Sequence record: SRR33789315_95
Reading direction: 5' to 3' (one strand)
DNA length: 29,509 nucleotides
Shown here: piece by piece, positions 1-6,863 of the stretch
Numbering within the stretch: position 1 is the first letter of the stretch
Layout: the number at the start of each line of letters is the position of its first letter
Made by a program: the position numbers and the translations under genes
Notes under the pieces: generated by a model
Database searches by the model: none
The model's input: the letters and a program-made list of their open reading frames with translations, nothing else
What the model was told of the DNA's origin: nothing

Positions 1-1
1 T

Positions 2-1327
2 GCAAATTTAGCCAGGAAACGAATATATACTCGGTTAGGTATTATTTATCGAAATCTTAAATATTATGATAAAAGCCTAGAGTTATACAAAACCGCTTTG
101 AAAACTGCTAAAACAAAATCAGACAGCCTATACATTATCAATAACATTTCAAATGTTTTGCGCGAAAAGGGCAGTTATCATCAAGCCATTGATACCTTAA
201 AATACATAGTACATTCTACAGGTCTCTTAAATAATAACATATTAAAAGCCTTGGCCTTGGACAATCTGGGGTATACTCAACTTGAAATTTCAGATAAGAA
301 TAGTTTACATAACCTTAATGAATCACTTAAAATAAGAATGCTCATTAAGGATTCGTTGGGTTTATTTTCTAGTTATAGGCATTTATCTATTTACCATAGA
401 AAGATAGGCGACAAAAAGGTGGCTTCTGATATGGCAAAAAATGCTTTTGTTATAGCTAAAAAACTTAAAGACCCAAATTACGAATTTGAAGCCCTGGGTT
501 TACTTGCTGAACTGAGCCCTGACAAAAATTTAAAAAGATTCAAATTGCTAAACGACAGCCTAACGCTAGCAGATCACGAGCAAACAAATAAATATGCTAC
601 ATTAAAATATGATGTAGAAAAAGAAAAAGAACAGACTCAAATAGCCAAATTACAAAGTGAAAAAGAAAAGCAACGAAAAACAGTTTACTTAGCTTTAACA
701 CTAATTCTCACGCTTATTTTTAGCGCAATAACCGCACTCATCCTTTCTAACCGTAAGAAAAAACAACTTAAAACCATATTTGATACCGAAACTCGTATAT
801 CTAAAAAATTACATGACGAGTTGGCAAATGATACTTTTCAGGTCATGGCTCAACTTCAAACACTAAAAGAAATTCCCAAAGAAATAATTGATGATCTTGA
901 TAAAATTTATACTAAAACTCGTGACATATCAAAAGATCATAACCCACTATACAAAGACATTAACTTTTATGAGCAACTTACTACAATGTTGGCCTCTTAT
1001 AAAAGAGCAGATTTTAATGTGATGGTTAGAAATGACCAAAAAATAGAATGGGACTCCCTAAAATATTTAAGAAAGAAAACCATTTATATCGTGCTAAAAG
1101 AGTTAATGACCAACAATAGAAAACATAGTCAATCAAATTTTGCCTTAATAACATTTAGCCAAAAAGGTAAAAAACTAAATATTATTTATAAAGATGACGG
1201 TATAGGTGGAATATTTTCTAAAAGCAATGGGCTTCAAAATGTGGAATCCCGCATAGAAGCCCTAAACGGAACACTTACATTTGATGCTGAACCAAATAAT
1301 GGTTTTAAGGTTATAATCCAGATATAA
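2..1327 (+). CDS. TPR-repeat membrane sensor histidine kinase (HisKA_3/HATPase_c), 5'-truncated by window edge
   Basis: The frame is open from base 2 (ANLARKRIYTRLGIIYRNLKYYDKSLELYKTALK), so the TTG at 98 is not the true start. It has TPR-like helices, one TM segment (VYLALTLILTLIFSAITALIL), H-box ETRISKKLHDELAN, N-box ELMTNNRKHS, G1 YKDDGIG and G2 NGLQNVESRI. Confidence 0.9.
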   Translation, partial: ANLARKRIYTRLGIIYRNLKYYDKSLELYKTALKTAKTKSDSLYIINNISNVLREKGSYHQAIDTLKYIVHSTGLLNNNILKALALDNLGYTQLEISDKNSLHNLNESLKIRMLIKDSLGLFSSYRHLSIYHRKIGDKKVASDMAKNAFVIAKKLKDPNYEFEALGLLAELSPDKNLKRFKLLNDSLTLADHEQTNKYATLKYDVEKEKEQTQIAKLQSEKEKQRKTVYLALTLILTLIFSAITALILSNRKKKQLKTIFDTETRISKKLHDELANDTFQVMAQLQTLKEIPKEIIDDLDKIYTKTRDISKDHNPLYKDINFYEQLTTMLASYKRADFNVMVRNDQKIEWDSLKYLRKKTIYIVLKELMTNNRKHSQSNFALITFSQKGKKLNIIYKDDGIGGIFSKSNGLQNVESRIEALNGTLTFDAEPNNGFKVIIQI

Positions 1328-1993
1328 ATGTTTAAAAGGATACTTATTGCAGAAGATTTTGGGAGTATTACTAAAATGCTTCAGGATCTTTTCAACGAAT
1401 TAGGTGCTGATCAGGTTGATTTTACGCAATACTGTGATGATGCCTATTTAAAAATTAAAAGTGCTATTAATAAGAAAGAGCCCTATGATTTGTTAATTGC
1501 AGATCTCTCCTTTAAGCCAGACTACCGTACCCAAAAATATCCCTCTGGTGAAGATTTGATAAAGGCAGTACGGCAAGAAAATCTGGAGATGAAAATAATT
1601 GTTTTTTCTATGGAAGAAAAATTACAACGGGTAAAAAGCCTTATTATAGAGCAACAAGTAAACGCTTACGTTTGTAAAGGTCGCAATGGGGTAAAGGAGC
1701 TTAAAGAAGCTGTTAAATACTGCATCCAAAATAAAACGTACCTGTCTCCACAAGTTTCTCAAGCTTTAAATAAAACTAGAACTCTAGAAATTCAAGATTA
1801 TGATATTGAGCTCATGCGCTATCTGGCAGATGGATATTCTAATAAAGAAATTAGTTTACGTTTTGAAAAACTCAAAATGAGTCCCAGTAGTGTAAGTTCT
1901 ATTGAGAAACGATTAAACAGACTTCGCATTCAGTTTAGTGCAAACAATGCCACTCATCTTGTGGCCATTGTAAAAGATTTAGGATTGATATAA
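1328..1993 (+). CDS. NarL/LuxR-type DNA-binding response regulator
   Basis: Receiver motifs IAED, LLIADLSF (phospho-Asp), VFSME and YVCKG; C-terminal HTH LADGYSNKEIS...SIEKRLNRL. Start codon abuts the kinase stop (TAAATG). Confidence 0.92.
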   Translation: MFKRILIAEDFGSITKMLQDLFNELGADQVDFTQYCDDAYLKIKSAINKKEPYDLLIADLSFKPDYRTQKYPSGEDLIKAVRQENLEMKIIVFSMEEKLQRVKSLIIEQQVNAYVCKGRNGVKELKEAVKYCIQNKTYLSPQVSQALNKTRTLEIQDYDIELMRYLADGYSNKEISLRFEKLKMSPSSVSSIEKRLNRLRIQFSANNATHLVAIVKDLGLI

Positions 1994-2021
1994 TTTAGCA
2001 AATAAGAAATTTTTACTTAAT

Positions 2022-2068
2022 CCTTACGGAAAACCGTAAGGCACATTTAATCTAAAAGAATAGGTTTA
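2022..2068 (+). promoter_or_regulatory. Promoter 1: palindrome CCTTACGGAAAACCGTAAGG (2022-2041) plus -7-like box TAGGTTTA (2061-2068)
   Basis: Perfect 8-4-8 inverted repeat, then a 19-bp gap to a near-consensus Bacteroidota -7 element (TAnnTTTG). Same geometry as promoter 2. Confidence 0.65.
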
Positions 2069-2072
2069 TCCT

Positions 2073-2137
2073 ATTGAAATATTTCGATAATGTAGTGGTA
2101 AGCGGTAGGTGAATTAGGGGCACCTACCGCTTTTTTT
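2073..2137 (+). ncRNA. Candidate ~65-nt small RNA (or 12-codon leaderless mini-ORF) between the two palindromic promoters
   Basis: Lies between the -7-like box of promoter 1 and a strong intrinsic terminator. Contains only a TTG mini-ORF (2074-2112, MKYFDNVVVSGR). The 5' end is estimated. Confidence 0.45.
2100..2137 (+). terminator. Intrinsic terminator
   Basis: AAGCGGTAGGTG-aattagggg-CACCTACCGCTT stem running into a T7 tract (2131-2137). Confidence 0.85.
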
Positions 2138-2140
2138 GAC

Positions 2141-2187
2141 CCTTACGGAATCCCGTAAGGAAATGGTTTTTAATAGCTTTAGTTTTA
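2141..2187 (+). promoter_or_regulatory. Promoter 2: palindrome CCTTACGGAATCCCGTAAGG (2141-2160) plus -7-like box TAGTTTTA (2180-2187)
   Basis: Second copy of the 8-4-8 palindrome with identical arms, the same 19-bp gap to TAnnTTTA, and 22 bp upstream of the ATG at 2210. Confidence 0.7.
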
Positions 2188-2209
2188 GAGAATCTTATTA
2201 AAAATTATT

Positions 2210-2416
2210 ATGGCTATTTACTATGTTAATAACAAGGCGCAAGCTAACGGAGACCACGAAGTTCATAAAGAAGGTTGTTCATGGCTAAGCCTTGCTTCAA
2301 GTATTAAAAATTTAGGAGATCACCTCAATTGTAAATCGGCAGTTAGAAGTGCAAAGCAAACTTATCATCAAGCAAATGGTTGCTTTTATTGTTCTAACGA
2401 ATGCCATACAACCTAA
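2210..2416 (+). CDS. Small Cys/His-rich hypothetical protein (putative metal-binding)
   Basis: 68 aa with 5 Cys and 5 His: GDHEVHKEGC, NC, GCFYCSNECH. ATG in an A-rich context; first gene of the tight operon. Confidence 0.8.
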   Translation: MAIYYVNNKAQANGDHEVHKEGCSWLSLASSIKNLGDHLNCKSAVRSAKQTYHQANGCFYCSNECHTT

Positions 2417-2427
2417 AATAATCTCCG

Positions 2428-2886
2428 ATGAAACAGTTGCTTCTTTTATGGCTTATAATAGCAAATTTCGGCCTACTTAAAGCTCAAAATCAAACAAACA
2501 CACTTGTTGCTGTGTGTTGCGAGGACGGAAGAGGATGCTCGGGATCGGCATATTGTACAGCATGTAAGAATTGTTCGGGATGTAAACATTGTGCTAAAAA
2601 TGGCGGAACTTGTGGGGTTTGCAGTTCAAAAACCCGCTATAAATCAATTTCGACATCCAGTAATATTTCACCTAGCAAAACTAGAAGTTATACGATTGGG
2701 TCAGAAATTTTTGTCTCTTCACCTACTTTAAACCTCAGGGAGGGTCCTTCTTCAAAATATAAGATAATTGAAAAATTAAGTCAAAATGAGGGATTAGAAC
2801 TTATAGAAATTAAAGGCTCTTGGCTAAAAGTTAGGGTAAAAAATAGCGGAACCTTAGGTTACGTCTACTCAAAATATATCAAGTAA
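2428..2886 (+). CDS. Secreted Cys-rich protein with C-terminal bacterial SH3 (SH3b) domain
   Basis: Signal-peptide-like N-terminus (MKQLLLLWLIIANFGLLKA-Q), a 10-Cys cluster, a Ser-rich linker, and SH3b pattern LNLREGPS...GSWLKV...GYVYSKYI. Confidence 0.85.
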   Translation: MKQLLLLWLIIANFGLLKAQNQTNTLVAVCCEDGRGCSGSAYCTACKNCSGCKHCAKNGGTCGVCSSKTRYKSISTSSNISPSKTRSYTIGSEIFVSSPTLNLREGPSSKYKIIEKLSQNEGLELIEIKGSWLKVRVKNSGTLGYVYSKYIK

Positions 2887-2896
2887 AAACAAACCC

Positions 2897-3289
2897 ATGA
2901 TTTCAACCGAATTAAAAAGTCACTTTTTAAGACTTTACCAGATGGCATTTTCAGATGACAATTTTGATATTTTGGAAATGAAAATGCTTTACAAATTTGC
3001 AGAAGAACGCGGATTGACCCAAGCTCAACTAAATGATATTTTACTAAATCCATCGCATGATACATCGATTCCAGATTCGTTAGAAAAAAGAGTAGAATAC
3101 TTATATGATTTAGCGGTAATGATTTGGGCTGATCAAGTTGTGACAGAGGATGAATATATCACGCTAAAAAAGTATTGTAAAAAATTTGAGTTTTTAGACG
3201 AAAACATCAATGATCTAGCAGACTATTTATTGGATTGTGCAAAGAAAAACATAAGCAAGCAAGAAATTATCAACACTATAAATTCCTAG
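2897..3289 (+). CDS. TerB-like (tellurite-resistance TerB/DjlA N-terminal fold) protein
   Basis: Two repeated helical units with the TerB-type A/S-D-x6-E pattern: MAFSDDNFDILE and MIWADQVVTEDE. Confidence 0.7.
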   Translation: MISTELKSHFLRLYQMAFSDDNFDILEMKMLYKFAEERGLTQAQLNDILLNPSHDTSIPDSLEKRVEYLYDLAVMIWADQVVTEDEYITLKKYCKKFEFLDENINDLADYLLDCAKKNISKQEIINTINS

Positions 3290-3293
3290 TATT

Positions 3294-4568
3294 ATGGGTG
3301 ATATTAAAAATCTGTTTAAACTAAAAAATAATTTTCTTGACAAAAATTCTCTAGAGCCACAGGAAGATGTAGAAGAAAAACTGGAACAAATAAGAATCAC
3401 CTATTACCAGACGGGTTATGGGGCAGCCATCAAAGCTTCGGGCGAAGCAATTACTTTTGGAGTAGGGCTAAAAAACCTCTACAATAGTTTTGAAAATCAA
3501 TGTAAAAAACAACTTGACGAGCAAGCACGATTAAAGCAACCCGACATAGAAGCACAAGAAAAAATTAAAACAGAATTAAAAAAAAGAGATACCGCCATTA
3601 CTATTTTGGAAGAGCAGATTCAAAAAACAAGTTCTACTATAGAAATTAAAAAGTTTGAACGAATTGATGTTAAAGAAAATCCTGAGAAATACGGTGTAAA
3701 TGTTGATAAGAGACCCCAAGCCCAATTTTATATTGGTTTAGGACTATTATTTCCTATAACTATTTATTTATTTGTCTTTTATATTTCCGCCTCATATTCT
3801 GCTTTTTTTAAAGATTTTGAAAATGGGAGTTTAACAGCTGCTATATTTGATGCAAATGCTTTGGGCAAGGCAATAAGAGATGGTTGGTTAGAAGCTGTTT
3901 TTGTGGGAACTATACCCTTTGTTTTTATGGGACTTGGCTATTTAGTCCATATGTTCCAAAAAATAAAAGGGTGGCGAACAATTGTCAAATTAGTATTTCT
4001 TTTCTTACTCACCTTTGCCTTTGATGTGATCTTGGCTTACCTCATAGAAAATAAAATATTTTTATTTGATGCAATGGTAGGACAGGAATTTAGTCCTTCG
4101 GTAGCTGTTCGAAGTGTGAATTTCTGGGGGATTATTTTTGCTGGATTTGTTGTGTACGTTATTTGGGGTCTTGTATTTGATTTTGTGATGAAAGAACACG
4201 AAAATGTAGATAAAATAAAAGCCTTTATAAGAGGGAAAAACCAAGAGATAAAAAATCTTCAACAAAACAAGACAGAACTAGAGAGTAAGATTGCTCCCGT
4301 AAAAGAGGAAATAGTAATCTTACAAGGTAAAATCGCCGAATTACAAGCCAAAATAGATGGTTTTATTTTTCCAGTCAGAAAATATTTGCATTATCACTAT
4401 CAATATAAAGAAGGCTGGTATCAGGCAATCAATTCAGAATTACATTTCCCAATAAAGCAATTAAATGAGCTAAGAAATAAATGTGAGGAAGTAGAAAAAG
4501 AACATTTAACAAGTCTCAATCTAAATGAAATGGACTTTCAAAATTTAATTTTTACCCACCAAAACTAA
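3294..4568 (+). CDS. Membrane protein with ~4 TM helices flanked by long coiled coils, function unknown
   Basis: Four hydrophobic segments (FYIGLGLL..., WLEAVFVG..., IVKLVFLF..., FWGIIFAG...). Heptad-like K/E/Q-rich stretches on both sides of the TM block. Confidence 0.8.
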   Translation: MGDIKNLFKLKNNFLDKNSLEPQEDVEEKLEQIRITYYQTGYGAAIKASGEAITFGVGLKNLYNSFENQCKKQLDEQARLKQPDIEAQEKIKTELKKRDTAITILEEQIQKTSSTIEIKKFERIDVKENPEKYGVNVDKRPQAQFYIGLGLLFPITIYLFVFYISASYSAFFKDFENGSLTAAIFDANALGKAIRDGWLEAVFVGTIPFVFMGLGYLVHMFQKIKGWRTIVKLVFLFLLTFAFDVILAYLIENKIFLFDAMVGQEFSPSVAVRSVNFWGIIFAGFVVYVIWGLVFDFVMKEHENVDKIKAFIRGKNQEIKNLQQNKTELESKIAPVKEEIVILQGKIAELQAKIDGFIFPVRKYLHYHYQYKEGWYQAINSELHFPIKQLNELRNKCEEVEKEHLTSLNLNEMDFQNLIFTHQN

Positions 4569-4572
4569 TACA

Positions 4573-5472
4573 ATGAAATTCTACATATATCTTCTTGTAC
4601 CTTTATTTCTAACTATATCATCTTGTAAAGAAGATGTGAAAGAAATAAATCCGGCAGAAAAATCAACCAAAAGTGTGGTTAAAAAAGTATTCAATCTCAA
4701 TATCAGCCTGCTTCTAGATTTATCAGACCGAATTGACACTATTAAATATTCAAACAAAGCCATGCAATACTATCTCCGCGATGTAGGTTATATTGAATCT
4801 GTAGCCAATTCCTTTATTGAGCATATGAGTCATAAAAAAGTACGAGAAATAGACGATAAAATAGCTTTATATTTTAATCCTGAGCCCAAAGACCCAAGAA
4901 TCAATACTCTTTCTGGAAATTTAAAATTCCATCCTACACGCAAAACAGTATCTCCAAAATTATTTGATAGCATCAAGGAAAACTATTTTACAAAACCTCA
5001 GGAAATTTATGAACTTGCAATAGCTGATGGTAAATATGTAGGCTCAGACACTTGGAGCTTTTTTAAGAATAAAGTTAAAGATTATTGTATCGATGATAGC
5101 TATAGAAATATTCTTGTTATTTTAACAGACGGATACATGTACCATAAAGACAACCTTAAAAAAGAAGCAAATCTCACCACCTATCTAACTCCCCGGGATA
5201 TCCGTAATTTTAAATTAAATACAAGTACTTGGAACAATAGATTTGCAAATGAAGAGTATGGCTTTATTCCCGCAGAAGAAAATTTGGGAAATTTGGAAAT
5301 TCTTGTTTTAGGAATAAATCCTGACAAAAAAAATCCCTATGAGGAAGAAGTAATAATGAAATATTGGAGTGATTGGTTTAATAAAATGGGGGTTGAAAAA
5401 TTTGACATTAAGACTGCTGTGCTCCCCGCAGATATGAATAAAATTATAAAATCTTTTATTTTAAATGAGTAA
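4573..5472 (+). CDS. Lipoprotein with vWA-like domain
   Basis: Lipobox ISS-C18 followed by KED. Beta-strand plus MIDAS-like LLLDLSDR, then SDT and ILVILTDG motifs in vWA order. Confidence 0.7.
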   Translation: MKFYIYLLVPLFLTISSCKEDVKEINPAEKSTKSVVKKVFNLNISLLLDLSDRIDTIKYSNKAMQYYLRDVGYIESVANSFIEHMSHKKVREIDDKIALYFNPEPKDPRINTLSGNLKFHPTRKTVSPKLFDSIKENYFTKPQEIYELAIADGKYVGSDTWSFFKNKVKDYCIDDSYRNILVILTDGYMYHKDNLKKEANLTTYLTPRDIRNFKLNTSTWNNRFANEEYGFIPAEENLGNLEILVLGINPDKKNPYEEEVIMKYWSDWFNKMGVEKFDIKTAVLPADMNKIIKSFILNE

Positions 5473-6007
5473 GCTTTGTTTGCAAACTTTTAGCATATCC
5501 TTTTTCTTACTCTTTGTTTTATTTGGTAAAGTGCAGCGGGGCGATGAATTGAACCTAACTAATAATGTACTAAAAGATACCATAATTGTTGGTAAAGCTG
5601 TAGGTATTATAGATGGAGACACTTTTAAACTTTTAACTCAAGATTCAACGCTTATAAAAGTGAGATTGGCAAATATTGATTGTCCCGAGAAAAAACAGCC
5701 CTTTTCTGCTAAGGCAAATGAGTTTACATCAAATGCCATTTTTGGAAAAAACGTTACCCTTATTGTTTTAAAAAAAGATCGATATCGCAGATATATTGCC
5801 ATTGTAAAGTATGACAAATCTTTAAACCTAAATCATGAACTGGTTAAAAATGGTTTAGCTTGGCATTATGTGAAATATTCAAAAGACATGCTTTTACAAG
5901 AGATGGAAAATCAAGCGAGAAGAAAAAAATTAGGCTTATGGCAAGATAAAAATCCAATTCCGCCATGGGAATGGCGAGCTAATAAAAAGAAAAAAACGCA
6001 ACCGTGA
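5465..6007 (+). CDS. Thermonuclease (staphylococcal nuclease-like, SNase) family protein with N-terminal signal/anchor
   Basis: IIDGDT, VRLANIDCPE, DRYRR, GLAWHY and KLGLW...PPWEWR motifs; hydrophobic N-terminus; 8-bp overlap with the upstream gene. Confidence 0.93.
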   Translation: MSKLCLQTFSISFFLLFVLFGKVQRGDELNLTNNVLKDTIIVGKAVGIIDGDTFKLLTQDSTLIKVRLANIDCPEKKQPFSAKANEFTSNAIFGKNVTLIVLKKDRYRRYIAIVKYDKSLNLNHELVKNGLAWHYVKYSKDMLLQEMENQARRKKLGLWQDKNPIPPWEWRANKKKKTQP

Positions 6008-6065
6008 AGAATACCTCATTACTGTGAAGAAAGATTCGCATTCTATTTAGAAATTTTTAAAATAT

Positions 6066-6073
6066 TAACTTTG
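6066..6073 (+). promoter_or_regulatory. Bacteroidota -7 promoter element TAACTTTG
   Basis: Exact TAnnTTTG match, immediately upstream of two hairpins. Confidence 0.5.
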
Positions 6074-6077
6074 TAGT

Positions 6078-6140
6078 CAAAATTCCACCTTCCGAGGTGG
6101 TGACCCTCAACCCCGAATTATTAATAATTCGGGGTTGTTG
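6078..6140 (+). ncRNA. Candidate small structured RNA (two hairpins)
   Basis: CCACCT-tccg-AGGTGG (6085-6100), then a perfect 30-bp palindrome CAACCCCGAATTATT|AATAATTCGGGGTTG (6108-6137). GC-rich stretch in an AT-rich spacer. The second hairpin may just be the operon terminator. Confidence 0.35.
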
Positions 6141-6208
6141 AATTTATAAAGAGAAACTTACCCGAATTTTATTTTTTTTGGTTTTATAGGATCTGGAAGA
6201 GTCTTTTA

Positions 6209-6297
6209 TATTCCGTATTCGAATACAGAATAATTTATATTAAATCATTGATTTTAAATTAGATAATTACTATTATTACATATTCGAATATAGAATA
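6209..6297 (+). promoter_or_regulatory. Two 24-bp inverted-repeat operators upstream of the putative antitoxin gene
   Basis: TATTCCGTATTCGAATACAGAATA (6209-6232) and TATTACATATTCGAATATAGAATA (6274-6297) are 21/24 identical; both are centred on the palindrome TATTCGAATA. Confidence 0.7.
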
Positions 6298-6305
6298 ATA
6301 GTTTT

Positions 6306-6863
6306 ATGAAATACAAACATCAAATAATGAGTCCACAAGATGTAGTGATTTTACTCAAAATCATTGCGCTTAATGATGACCATTGGCAACAGGTATCACT
6401 CGCAGATGCTTTGGGAATTAGCCAATCGGAAGTTAGCAAATCTATCGTTCGGTCTAAGTATGCAGGACTAATAGACGATTCTGGCAAACAGGTTTTTAGA
6501 ATGGCGTTTTTCGAGTTTTTAAAGTCTGGTATTGCCTATGTTTTCCCACAGCGCCCAGGTGCTGTAGTTAGAGGATTGCCCACCGCACATTCTGCAACAC
6601 CTCTAAGCGAGTTCATAGTAAGCAATGAAAATTATGTATGGCCATCTGCACGCGGTAAGGTTAGAGGTCAGGCCATTGAGCCTTTGTTCCCGTCTGTCGT
6701 AAAGGCCGTAGAAAATGATTCCATATTATATGAACTACTAGCATTAGTAGATGCATTACGAGTAGGGCGTACACGCGAAAAAGCGCTCGCTATTGAAGAA
6801 TTAGAAATTCGATTTTTTGCCGATGAACATACAGATGATATCAATAAACCAATCTTGCTATAA
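6306..6863 (+). CDS. HTH protein, putative AbiEi-like type IV antitoxin/transcriptional regulator
   Basis: N-terminal winged-HTH-like segment (QVSLADALGISQSEVSKSIVRS). C-terminal pattern (YVFP..RGLPTAHSA..YVWP..LLALVDALRVGR.RE) that I recognise from genes paired with nucleotidyltransferases. The start may be the second Met (6327). Confidence 0.7.
   Translation: MKYKHQIMSPQDVVILLKIIALNDDHWQQVSLADALGISQSEVSKSIVRSKYAGLIDDSGKQVFRMAFFEFLKSGIAYVFPQRPGAVVRGLPTAHSATPLSEFIVSNENYVWPSARGKVRGQAIEPLFPSVVKAVENDSILYELLALVDALRVGRTREKALAIEELEIRFFADEHTDDINKPILL

Noticed and set aside
2022-2160. Palindromic 20-mer repeated twice as a possible mini-CRISPR array
   Set aside because: Only two copies, a 99-bp spacer containing a terminator, and no cas genes. 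The geometry fits operator sites instead.
2504-4763. Short alternative-frame or antisense ORFs (2504-2731, 2865-3065, 4062-4265, 4581-4763)
   Set aside because: They overlap better-supported genes and have no recognisable motifs.
6001-6031. Direct repeat ACYGTGAAGAA at 6001 and 6021
   Set aside because: Only 11 bp with one mismatch. It could be a duplication scar but cannot be told apart from chance.
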